Assembly (NCBI GenBank): GCA_965248575.1
Contig: CBDFJQ010000002.1
Coordinates: forward strand, 3,808,001 to 3,872,000
DNA length: 64,000 bases
Direction: 5' to 3'
From: Planctomycetota bacterium
GTDB lineage: Bacteria > Planctomycetota > B15-G4
Under the pieces are notes generated by a model. That model ran no database searches. It was not told the origin of the DNA and was given only the letters and a program-made list of their open reading frames with translations. A program made the translations under genes and the position numbers. Shown one piece after another: positions 36,887 to 45,939 of the stretch (the first letter of the stretch is position 1; every line of letters begins with the position of its first letter).

Positions 36887-38944
36887 ATGATCACAACACT
36901 TCTCTCCGCAGTCCTGATTCCCTCCCTTCTCTCTCCCGCTGCTGCCCTGACGTCTGATTCGGTGCTTGCTCCACCGTCCCAGCCGGCCGCCGTGCCTGTA
37001 GCGAAGCCGGCTCTCCCGGCTCCCGAAGGGTCCCTCGCCCATGACCCGAGCAACCCCTACCGGCTCGTCATCGTGGATGTCCCGGCCTTCGCCATGGGGG
37101 CCCTCGCCGGCCTCGACGTCGACGTGGTGGGGCCGACCCCCGACGGCCAAGGTGTCGAGGTCGTCGCCCAGAACCGCGAGCTCGCCATCCTGGCGGAGAG
37201 CGGCTTCAGCTACTCCGTGAACATTCCGGACCTCGAGACCCACTACGCGTCCCGCATGCAAGACGTGGAGCAGGTCTTCAGCAGCGTCGGCGGATCCATC
37301 ACGCCCGCCTTCGGGCAGGGCAGCATGGGCGGCTACCACAACTTCACGGAGGTCGTGTCCATCCTCGACCAATTGTCCGCCCAGTATCCGCAGATCATGG
37401 GCGCCAAGGTCAGCCTCGGCCAGTCCATCGAGGGCCGGGACGTGTGGGCCGTCAAGATCAGCGACAACCCTGGGGTGGATGAGAACGAAGCCGAAGTGCG
37501 CTTCGATTCGCTGCATCACGCGCGCGAGCCCATGAGCATGGAGTCGTCGCTGTACTACATGATCTGGCTGCTGGAGAACTACGGCACCGACCCCCTGGCG
37601 ACCTTCCTTGTGAATGAGCGCGAGACGTGGTTCGTGCCGGTCGTGAACCCCGACGGCTACGTCTACAACGAGACCACCAACCCGAACGGCGGTGGCATGT
37701 GGCGCAAGAACCGGCGCAACAACCCCGGCAGCAGTTTCGGTGTCGACCTGAACCGCAACTACCCCTTCCGTTGGGGCTTCGACGACTCGGGTTCCAGCCC
37801 CAGCGCGTCGTCTTCGACCTATCGCGGGACTGCACCGGCCAGCGAACCGGAAGTCCAAGCCATGGTGGCCTTCTTCGCGAGCCGCAACTTCCGCACGGCC
37901 CTGTCCTCGCACAGCTACTCCAACCTGTGGCTGGCGCCCTGGGGCTACGACAACATCTTCCCGCCGGACCACGCCGACCTGCAGGAGGTCGGCGCCTTGG
38001 CCACGGCCTCTTCGGGGTTCCCCTTCGGCCCGGCCTTCGTGCTGCTCTATCCGGCCAACGGTGTGACCGTCGATGAGGACTATGGCCCCAACGACACCTT
38101 CTCTTGGACACCGGAGATCGGCAGCTCGTCCCAGGGCTTCTGGCCGCCTGTCAGCAACATCGTCCCGCTCGCGGACAGCGTGCTGGAAGGCTTCCAGACC
38201 ACGGCCCTGAGCGCTGGCGACTACCTGCGGCACCGGGGATCGACGCTGACCGACCTTGGAGATGGCGACGGGAAGTTCGAGCCCGGTGAGACCGTGGGCG
38301 TGTCGGTGAACGTGCGCAACAGCGGGCGTGGCGCAGGGGTTGCGGGCGTGACCTTGGGCTCCACCCACGCGGACTTGAACGTCACCAGCGGCAATGAAGC
38401 TCTCGGTTCCATTGCAGGCTTCACGTCGGCGGACAACGCTGCGGCTCCGCTGCTCATGACCATCGATGCGGGCGCGACGCCGGGAAGCACCCTGTCCTTT
38501 GATTCGAGCCTCGTCTGGGACGGCCCCACGGACACGGTGGGCGGCTCGCTCATGGTGAGTGCCCCCGACGCCAACGAATGGACGAATCTCGGTGGAGGAA
38601 GCATCGGCATCAACGGCGTTCCGTCCCTGACGGGCATGGGCACGTTGGTGATGGGCACCAGCTTCCAGCTGGACGGCGTCAACTTGCCGTCGAACACGCC
38701 GATGCTGGCGTGGTTGTCCTTCAGCAGCATGCCCCTCAATGTGTTGGGGGGCACCCTGCACGCCAACCCCATGAACCTGCAGTTCTTCCGTCTCAGTGAC
38801 GGGGGCGGCGCGTTCACGGAGGGTGGCACGTGGCCGGGTGGTCTGCCCATGGGCACCGACCTCTACCTGCAGCTGTTGGTGCAGGACCTGTCGGTTCCCG
38901 CAGACATCACGCTGTCCAACGGCGTGATGACCACCACGCCCTAG
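36887..38944 (+). CDS. M14 zinc carboxypeptidase (carboxypeptidase T-like) with Ig-like and conserved C-terminal domains
   Basis: HAREP, NPDG, WRKNR, DLNRN, SEPE, HSY, TPE; signal peptide. Confidence 0.93.
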   Translation: MITTLLSAVLIPSLLSPAAALTSDSVLAPPSQPAAVPVAKPALPAPEGSLAHDPSNPYRLVIVDVPAFAMGALAGLDVDVVGPTPDGQGVEVVAQNRELAILAESGFSYSVNIPDLETHYASRMQDVEQVFSSVGGSITPAFGQGSMGGYHNFTEVVSILDQLSAQYPQIMGAKVSLGQSIEGRDVWAVKISDNPGVDENEAEVRFDSLHHAREPMSMESSLYYMIWLLENYGTDPLATFLVNERETWFVPVVNPDGYVYNETTNPNGGGMWRKNRRNNPGSSFGVDLNRNYPFRWGFDDSGSSPSASSSTYRGTAPASEPEVQAMVAFFASRNFRTALSSHSYSNLWLAPWGYDNIFPPDHADLQEVGALATASSGFPFGPAFVLLYPANGVTVDEDYGPNDTFSWTPEIGSSSQGFWPPVSNIVPLADSVLEGFQTTALSAGDYLRHRGSTLTDLGDGDGKFEPGETVGVSVNVRNSGRGAGVAGVTLGSTHADLNVTSGNEALGSIAGFTSADNAAAPLLMTIDAGATPGSTLSFDSSLVWDGPTDTVGGSLMVSAPDANEWTNLGGGSIGINGVPSLTGMGTLVMGTSFQLDGVNLPSNTPMLAWLSFSSMPLNVLGGTLHANPMNLQFFRLSDGGGAFTEGGTWPGGLPMGTDLYLQLLVQDLSVPADITLSNGVMTTTP

Positions 38945-38993
38945 GCTTCGTCGCGGACGCTCGCGCGCATCGCTCCCGCTTCCGTCACCGAAT

Positions 38994-40376
38994 ATGACGA
39001 AGCGGGGGCGATGTGCGTTCAGGGGCCGTCACGGAGTCGTGCCTGGGCATGATGTGCCCGGAGGTGTGCTTTTGATCCCATCGTTGACCCGACTGCCTGT
39101 CCCGTTCCGCGCCGCTGCGTTCGCTGCTTGGGTGGCAGCGTTCGTCGGTGGCTCCCTGGCCTGGGGTGTCAGCGCACAAGACGTGAGGCCGGACCCCGCT
39201 GCGCCGGGGGTCGACACGGCCCTCAACGTGCTGAAAGGTTCGCCTGCCTCGCGGGGCAGCGCCCAAGACGAGGCGCCGTCCTCCAAGGCGCTGGTGGGCT
39301 TCAAGGTCCGTTGCCAGGAGCTGGTGAACGGTCTGGTGTCGGCCGGGCTGCCTGGGGCATCCGCGGCCGTGGTGCTGTCCGACGGCTCCCTGCACACTTT
39401 TGTGGCGGGCAAGACGAGCGGCGAGGGTGGTCGGGATCTCACCCCGGTCGACCGCATGCTCGTGGGCAGCACCGGCAAGACCTTCGTGACTGCGGTAGCG
39501 CACCGGCTCATGGAGCAAGGCGTGTTGAGCCTCGACACCACGACCGCGGAGCTCTTTGGCGAGCAGGCCCCTGAATGGCTGGAGCGCTTGCCCCACGCCC
39601 GGGACTTCACTCTCGGCAACCTCCTACGCCATCAGACCGGCCTGGAGCGCTATGTGTTCGAGCAGGCGTTCACCCAGACCCTGTCCAGCGAGGTGGATCG
39701 GGTCTGGCGGCCCGAGGAACTGCTCGCCTTCGTCTTCGACCGGCCGCCGCTCTTTGCGCCCGGGGAGGGCTGGGCTTACTCGGACACCAACTACATCGTC
39801 GTGGGCATGATGATCGAGCGCGTCACGGGGCGGCGCTTCTACGAGCTGGCGCAGGAGATGTTCGTGGTGCCCCTCGGCTTGAAGGACACGCTGCCCACCG
39901 ACTCCGCGCGCGTGCCGGGCCTGGTCCAGGGCCAGGTGATCAATGGTCGAGGCATGGGGATCGGGACGCAGTTGCTCGACGAGCAGGGCAAGGCCACCTA
40001 CAACCTGCAATTCGAGTGGTGTGGTGGTGGGTGGGCAAGCACGCCGGGGGACCTCGCCCGCTGGGCGGGGGCACTCTACGGCGGCACCGCGCTCAAGAGC
40101 TCTTCGCTCCGAACGCTCTTGGACACGGTGGAAGCACCCGGCCTGTGGCCCGGCACACGCTACGGTCTCGGTGTCATGCTGCGGGAAACGGACGCGGGGC
40201 CCATGCGTTTCCACGACGGCTTCATGCCCGGGCACCTCACGACCTTGGCGCACTTTCCGCGTTCGGGTGTGTCGGCAGCCCTGCAGGTGAACACCGATGA
40301 CGCGCGAGCGATCGGGCGGCAGCGCTTCGAGGTGCTCGTGGAGCTGGCGGGCCTGGCAGAGTCCCTGGCGAACTAA
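38994..40376 (+). CDS. Serine hydrolase, beta-lactamase family (true start probably somewhat downstream)
   Basis: STGK (SxxK), LLRHQTG, YSD, HDG. Confidence 0.85.
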   Translation: MTKRGRCAFRGRHGVVPGHDVPGGVLLIPSLTRLPVPFRAAAFAAWVAAFVGGSLAWGVSAQDVRPDPAAPGVDTALNVLKGSPASRGSAQDEAPSSKALVGFKVRCQELVNGLVSAGLPGASAAVVLSDGSLHTFVAGKTSGEGGRDLTPVDRMLVGSTGKTFVTAVAHRLMEQGVLSLDTTTAELFGEQAPEWLERLPHARDFTLGNLLRHQTGLERYVFEQAFTQTLSSEVDRVWRPEELLAFVFDRPPLFAPGEGWAYSDTNYIVVGMMIERVTGRRFYELAQEMFVVPLGLKDTLPTDSARVPGLVQGQVINGRGMGIGTQLLDEQGKATYNLQFEWCGGGWASTPGDLARWAGALYGGTALKSSSLRTLLDTVEAPGLWPGTRYGLGVMLRETDAGPMRFHDGFMPGHLTTLAHFPRSGVSAALQVNTDDARAIGRQRFEVLVELAGLAESLAN

Positions 40377-40403
40377 CGGCGCGCAGACGGCTGCTTGCTG
40401 CCC

Positions 40404-41750
40404 TCAGGGCCAGGCGCGGCGGAACTTGCTGAACACGAAGGGGTAGTGGGGCTGGAACCAGTTCCGGAAGCTCCTGCGGAGCAGCGCCCTTCCGGTGGCC
40501 CAGGACCCGCCGAAGACCACGGTGTGCAGGTCGTCAAAGAAGTCCGCTGAGTAGCCGGGATAGCCGGGCACCCAGGCCTCGAAGCCGGGCAGCGGGCGGA
40601 AGGGGGTGCAGGTGAGCTCCCAGCCGTTGCCCACCAGTTCGTGCACGCCCCAGGCGCTGGCGCCCGCAGGGTGGGAACCCACCGGAGCCGGTTCCCAGAG
40701 CAGGAAGTCGAAGGCGCCGTATTCGGGACCGGGCGGTGCGTCGCCCCAAGGATGGAGGCGGCGTGTGTTCTCGGGCGTCTCGTAGGCGGCGCGGTTGAGT
40801 TCAGCTTCCGTGGGCAGGCGCGCGCCCGACCAGGCACAGTAGGCGGCGGCTTCGGCCTGGCTCACCTGCACCGGGCGGCTGGCGACTTCGTGGAAGGGTC
40901 GGGAATCGAAGGGGCCGCGCACCAACCAATGGCCGTCGTGGCGAGCCCAGTTGTGGGGGTGCTCCAGTTGTTGTTCGAGACGCCAGGCCCAAGCGGCTTC
41001 CGACCAGTGCTCCTGCTGCGCATACCCACCAGCCTCGACGAAGGCGAGGTAGTCATCGTTGCTGACCGGCAGCGCATCGATGGCGAAGGCCGGCACGTCC
41101 ACCTCTTGAGCGGGAAACTCGTTGTCCCAGCCGAAGGGAATCTCGTCGAAGGGGACGCCGAGGGTCGTGGTCCCTGCAGGGATGGCGATGCGAGCCTGGG
41201 GGATCGCCCCCGCAGCCGCATGCCGGCCAGCCAGCGAGGCAGCGGGTGCGTCCTTCAGGGACTCGTCGAGCTGCGCCACCATGTAGAGCAGAGTCTCGTG
41301 GTGCATGACCTCGTGTTCGAGCAGCACGTGATAGATGCGACGACCCTGGGCAACGCGCTCTCCGGCGTCCCGCTCGGCCAGGGCGTCCACGAGCGGGGCC
41401 GCAACCAGCACCCGATGACGGATCTCGTCGCGGTACGCCAGGATGTCCGCCATGTCCGGCCAGTCGGGCTCCTCGGGCACATCGCCTTCGTCGAGGGGGT
41501 CGATGCCAAACTCGAAGAGGGCGTCGAAGCCCGGGTTGAAGCTGGGCTCCTTCAGCAGGCCGCGGTTCAGCTGGTTCCAGGCGAAGGCCGGAAGATGCCC
41601 CACATAGAAGATGAGCGGTTGGCGCAGGGCGATGGGGCGCTGCAACCAAGCACCTTCCTCAAGCAAGGCAAAGAGCGCGTCGCTACGTCGCCAGGCAGCT
41701 TGCAGCTGATCCAGTACATCCGGCGAGCGGAGCGTGGCCGCTTCAGGCAT
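40404..41750 (-). CDS. egtB: Ergothioneine biosynthesis sulfoxide synthase (DinB + FGE-sulfatase domains)
   Basis: IFYVGH, HxxxHxE (HEVMHHE), FGWDNE, RLPTEAE, YPGYSADFFD; adjacent to egtD. Confidence 0.85.
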   Translation of the reverse strand: MPEAATLRSPDVLDQLQAAWRRSDALFALLEEGAWLQRPIALRQPLIFYVGHLPAFAWNQLNRGLLKEPSFNPGFDALFEFGIDPLDEGDVPEEPDWPDMADILAYRDEIRHRVLVAAPLVDALAERDAGERVAQGRRIYHVLLEHEVMHHETLLYMVAQLDESLKDAPAASLAGRHAAAGAIPQARIAIPAGTTTLGVPFDEIPFGWDNEFPAQEVDVPAFAIDALPVSNDDYLAFVEAGGYAQQEHWSEAAWAWRLEQQLEHPHNWARHDGHWLVRGPFDSRPFHEVASRPVQVSQAEAAAYCAWSGARLPTEAELNRAAYETPENTRRLHPWGDAPPGPEYGAFDFLLWEPAPVGSHPAGASAWGVHELVGNGWELTCTPFRPLPGFEAWVPGYPGYSADFFDDLHTVVFGGSWATGRALLRRSFRNWFQPHYPFVFSKFRRAWP

Positions 41751-42738
41751 GGGTGCGGACCAACAGGACGTCGGCGAAGAGCCGTTCGGGGTCCGTGTAG
41801 GCCTGGCGCACCTCGAAGCCCGTGCCCTGCACTGCGGCGCTAAAACTCTCCGAGCTGTACTTGCAGGAGAGTTCGGTGCGGATCTCTTGGCCTGCTTCGA
41901 GCCGGATGCGCAAGTCGAGTGCATCGATGTGCACATCCACCGCGCGCGTGGCGCGCACGCGGATGTCCACCCAGGCCTTCGCGGCGTCGTAGAAGGCGTG
42001 GTGCTCGAAGGCGTCCACGGGGAAGTCGGCCCCGAAGCGCCGGTTGAGCACGGTGAGCACGTTCTTGTTGAAGGCGGCCGTGACGCCGGCGGCGTCATTG
42101 TAGGCCGCATCGAGGCGCGCACTGTCCTTGATCAGGTCGATGCCCACCAGGAAGCCGTCGCCCTCCGCGAGTTGCTGGGCAACGAGGGTAAGGAAGGCCG
42201 GAACCTGGTCCGGGTGCAGGTTGCCGAGGGTGCCAGCGAAGAAGGTGACGAGCCGCGAGCCGGGCTCGTGGTTCGCGCCCAGGGTCTTCAGGTCATGCAG
42301 GAAGTCCGCCTCGAGACCGCGTACGCGCAGCTCGGGGTAGGCGGCGGCGAGGCGTGCCACCGAGCCCTGGAGGAAGTCCCCGCTGATGTCCAGCAAGGTG
42401 CAGTGGGTGAGGTCGCCCGGAGCGTGCAGGGCATCCAGGAGGACGTGTGTCTTGCGGCCACTGCCGGCACCCAACTCGATGTACTCGGTGGGGTGGATCT
42501 CTGCTGCGATCGCCCCCGCGTATTCTTCCAGGATCGCAAGCTCAGTGCGGGTCTGGTAGTACTCGGGCTCGTGGGTGATGCGCTCGAAGAGCTCGCTGCC
42601 GTGCTCGTCGTACAGCAGGCTGCAGGGGATTTCGGGCAAGGCCTTGGTGAGGCCCGCTCGCAGTTCGCGTGCCTCGGGGCTCAGGGAGGCGGCAGTCGAG
42701 CTGTGGGGCCGCAGGGACTTCTCTGGGTGATCGCTCAT
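41743..42738 (-). CDS. egtD: L-histidine N-alpha-methyltransferase
   Basis: YD..GS.LFERIT..PEYYQTR.E, ELGAGS..K, AAYND..GVTAAFN.N, TE.S.KY. Confidence 0.93.
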   Translation of the reverse strand: MSDHPEKSLRPHSSTAASLSPEARELRAGLTKALPEIPCSLLYDEHGSELFERITHEPEYYQTRTELAILEEYAGAIAAEIHPTEYIELGAGSGRKTHVLLDALHAPGDLTHCTLLDISGDFLQGSVARLAAAYPELRVRGLEADFLHDLKTLGANHEPGSRLVTFFAGTLGNLHPDQVPAFLTLVAQQLAEGDGFLVGIDLIKDSARLDAAYNDAAGVTAAFNKNVLTVLNRRFGADFPVDAFEHHAFYDAAKAWVDIRVRATRAVDVHIDALDLRIRLEAGQEIRTELSCKYSSESFSAAVQGTGFEVRQAYTDPERLFADVLLVRTHA

Positions 42739-42932
42739 GAGCCTCTGGCAGGGGCGGACGAGTTGTAGGCGCTCTTCGTACGGGCAGCTGGTGCACCAGC
42801 ATACGGGAGTTCGGGTTCCCAGCGCACGGGGCGTCGGCCGGTGATAGCCTCCAGCCCCAGCGCATGCGCTGCCGACAGAAGCGCCGTGATGCCTGCGAGC
42901 TTCCCCTCCTTCCGTTGCTAGAATCCGCCGCC

Positions 42933-44444
42933 ATGAACCGGCTTTCCGCCTTGCTCGTGATTGGCAGTCTGTTTCTGGTGATCCTGGGCGCACCGGCCTA
43001 CGAGATCGCCGGGGGCAATTGGCCGACGGCTGGCATGAAGGGTGAGGTGACCACCGAGGCCCTGCTGACCGGCAGCGTCGCCAAGGAAGTGGAGAGCACC
43101 CTCGAGGCGAACGCCCTGCTCTCGGAGCGCATCAGACCCCGTTACAACGAACTCATGTTCCTGGGCCTAGGTGTTGCTTCACCCAGGGTGCTGATCGGCC
43201 AGGACGACTGGCTGTTTCTCGCGTCGCGGATTGGGGCTCGGCCCAACGCCGCCATGAACCGCCTGTCCACTACCTGCGCTGAGGTTGCCGTGCTCGTGGA
43301 TTGGTTCGAGCGCAACGGCACCCACGTCGTCTTCGAGTTCATCCCCCGCAAGCAGTCGCTCTACCCGGAGCAATTGCCGAAGGCCCTGAACCCGCCCTAT
43401 GAACCAGTGTTCCCGGAGCTCTTGGCGGCGATGCAGGCGGCCGGTCTGCACGTGGTGGACCTGCGGGAAGCGCTGGGCCCCCGGGATGGCGCGTTCTTCC
43501 TGACCAATGACGACCATTGGAACCACGAGGGATCGCGGCGCGCCGCCCAGGCAGTGGCGCAGGAGATCAAGGCGCTCTACCCGGACGGAGATCTTCCGGG
43601 CACGCCCGTCGATGCAGAGATCCGCACCAGCGAGAGCTACCGGTTTGCCGGGAACCTGGTGGACATGCTGGGGTTTCAAAAAGACGGCTACATGTACGAG
43701 CGCTTCAGCGTTGACCGTGCGCGCATCCGGGCCTTTCCGCCCGGCTCGCCGCGACCGTTCACGGGCTCGGACGAACCACAGGCCATCACGGTGTTGGGCA
43801 CCAGCTTCTCCGCGGGCTTCCACACGGCCTCCCTGCTGATGGGGTATCTGGGGCGCGAGGTGGAGAACCGCTCCAAGGCTGGTCTCGCCGGCGGCTACCG
43901 CATGGCGGACCTGTGCCGCGAGTTGTTGCTGGGCCTGCGTGACTTCCCCGAGCTGCTGGTGTGGGAGTTCCCCGAGGACTTCTTGATTCAGACAGTGCCG
44001 TACTTCGTGCAGCCGCTCACGAGCGTGACGGATGTCGCCGACGGCTTCCCCTACACGAAGCGGGCGCTGCCCGTGAAGGAGCGCACGGTCACGGGCATCC
44101 GTGTGACGGGTGAAGATGAGTCGGGTTTGTCGGGCACGATCAGCGCTCCCAACGGCTCGCTGGTCTACACCCTGGAACGGCCGGTTCCGGGCGATGGCTC
44201 GGCGGTGGTGGCCTTCCCCGTGCTCGTCTCTGGCCAGGGTTTCCAGACCACGGCCTGGGACACCGGCGCGAAGGTGGGGTCGGGCGGTGTGCGCAAGACG
44301 TTGCTGCGCAACTCCGAGTTTCCGCACCTTGTGATCGTCTCACTCAAGACCGAGGACGGTTCGCCGGTGAGGCGCATCCACATCAAGCCCTTCGACAAGT
44401 TTGCGCGTTTTCACCTGGGCCCGCCGGAGTTGTGGACCCGCTAG
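42933..44444 (+). CDS. AlgX/AlgJ-type SGNH O-acetyltransferase
   Basis: G.DDWLF, P.K..LYPE, DDHWN (DxH), LGTSF. Confidence 0.85.
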   Translation: MNRLSALLVIGSLFLVILGAPAYEIAGGNWPTAGMKGEVTTEALLTGSVAKEVESTLEANALLSERIRPRYNELMFLGLGVASPRVLIGQDDWLFLASRIGARPNAAMNRLSTTCAEVAVLVDWFERNGTHVVFEFIPRKQSLYPEQLPKALNPPYEPVFPELLAAMQAAGLHVVDLREALGPRDGAFFLTNDDHWNHEGSRRAAQAVAQEIKALYPDGDLPGTPVDAEIRTSESYRFAGNLVDMLGFQKDGYMYERFSVDRARIRAFPPGSPRPFTGSDEPQAITVLGTSFSAGFHTASLLMGYLGREVENRSKAGLAGGYRMADLCRELLLGLRDFPELLVWEFPEDFLIQTVPYFVQPLTSVTDVADGFPYTKRALPVKERTVTGIRVTGEDESGLSGTISAPNGSLVYTLERPVPGDGSAVVAFPVLVSGQGFQTTAWDTGAKVGSGGVRKTLLRNSEFPHLVIVSLKTEDGSPVRRIHIKPFDKFARFHLGPPELWTR

Positions 44445-44462
44445 TCGGGATCCGGTGACGTC

Positions 44463-45926
44463 ATGATCTTCACGAGTCAGATATTCCTGTTCTGGTTCCT
44501 GCCGAGCATCCTGCTCCTCTACTACCTGCTGCCGTTCAAGTTCCGCAGTGGGTTGTTGGTGCTGGTGAGCTACCTGTTCTACGGCTGGTGGCGCCCGGAC
44601 TTCGTGCTGCTGATGTTGGTCAGCACGCTGATCGACTTCTGGTGCGGGCGCGGCATCGGGCGCATGCACGCGGCCGTGGACAGCGCGCCCAATGACGCAG
44701 CGGCGGCGGGCCTTGTCAAGAAACGCAAACGCTTCCTGCTGCTCTCGATGTGCGCCAACCTCGGCTTGTTGGGGTACTTCAAGTACTGGAACTTCGGCAT
44801 CGACAGCCTGAACGTGCTGCTCGAGGCCTGGGAGGTGGCGCCCATCCAGTGGGCGGCCATCGTGCTGCCCGTGGGCATCTCCTTCTACACCTTCCAGTCC
44901 ATGTCGTACTCCATCGATGTGTACCGCAAGGACGCGCCGCCCGTCTCGCGCTTCATCGACTTCGCCTGCTACATCTCGCTGTTCCCGCAGCTCGTGGCCG
45001 GGCCCATCGTGCGTTACCAGACCTTGGCCCATCAGCTCACCCAGCGGGACCACACCCTCGACAAGTTCGCGCGCGGCGCCTTCCTGTTCCAGGTGGGTTT
45101 CATCAAGAAGCTGCTCATCGCGGACACGGTAGCGGTGGTGGCGGCGCAGGCCTTCGATCTGTCGGACCCCACGGCGACGGAGGCCTGGCTGGGTGCGGTG
45201 GCCTACACCTTCCAGATCTACTTCGACTTCTCTGGCTACTCGGACATGGCCATCGGCCTGGGCTACCTGTTCGGTTTCACTTTTCCCATCAACTTCGATT
45301 CGCCCTACAAGTCCAAGAGCATCACTGAGTTCTGGCGCCGCTGGCATGTGTCCCTGTCCACTTGGTTACGGGACTATCTCTACATTCCGCTGGGGGGCAA
45401 CCAGCGCGGGCCGCGGCGCACCTACCTCAACCTGTCCTTGACCATGTTGCTGGGCGGCCTGTGGCACGGGGCCGCCTGGACCTACATCGTCTGGGGCGCG
45501 TACCAAGGGGCTTGGCTGGCCTTCGAGCGTTGGCTGGGCAAGCGCTCGCTCTACTCGATGTTGCCGTCCGCGGGCCAGGTGTTGTGCACCTTCCTGATCG
45601 CGATCGTGGGCTGGGTGTTCTTCCGCGCTGAGAGCATGAGCCAGGCCGGGCAATTCCTGGGAGCCATGTTCGGCCTGGGGGGTGTGATCGAGGGGGGCGT
45701 GACCGAAGGCGCCGCGGCGACGGGCTCGAGGATCCAGATCGACGCGCTGCAGATGCTCATGCTGTGGTTGGCGCCTGCCATCTGCTGGTTCCTGCCCAAC
45801 AGCCAACAGCTCGCCAACAGGGAGGGCTTCGGTTGGCCCCGGGTGGCTGCAGCCATGCTCTTCCCGCTGGCGGTGTGCCACCTGTTCTTCGTGAGCTACT
45901 CGCCCTTCCTCTACTTCCAGTTTTGA
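44463..45926 (+). CDS. MBOAT O-acyltransferase, AlgI/DltB family
   Basis: LPVGISFYTFQ, FPQLVAGPI, DFSGYSDMA, EFWRRWH, GLWHGA, FLYFQF end. Confidence 0.95.
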   Translation: MIFTSQIFLFWFLPSILLLYYLLPFKFRSGLLVLVSYLFYGWWRPDFVLLMLVSTLIDFWCGRGIGRMHAAVDSAPNDAAAAGLVKKRKRFLLLSMCANLGLLGYFKYWNFGIDSLNVLLEAWEVAPIQWAAIVLPVGISFYTFQSMSYSIDVYRKDAPPVSRFIDFACYISLFPQLVAGPIVRYQTLAHQLTQRDHTLDKFARGAFLFQVGFIKKLLIADTVAVVAAQAFDLSDPTATEAWLGAVAYTFQIYFDFSGYSDMAIGLGYLFGFTFPINFDSPYKSKSITEFWRRWHVSLSTWLRDYLYIPLGGNQRGPRRTYLNLSLTMLLGGLWHGAAWTYIVWGAYQGAWLAFERWLGKRSLYSMLPSAGQVLCTFLIAIVGWVFFRAESMSQAGQFLGAMFGLGGVIEGGVTEGAAATGSRIQIDALQMLMLWLAPAICWFLPNSQQLANREGFGWPRVAAAMLFPLAVCHLFFVSYSPFLYFQF

Positions 45927-45939
45927 TCGGAGCGTCGCC

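Noticed and set aside
40404..41750. senA (selenoneine) or ovoA
   Set aside because: No senB/senC neighbours and no C-terminal methyltransferase; the adjacent egtD favours egtB
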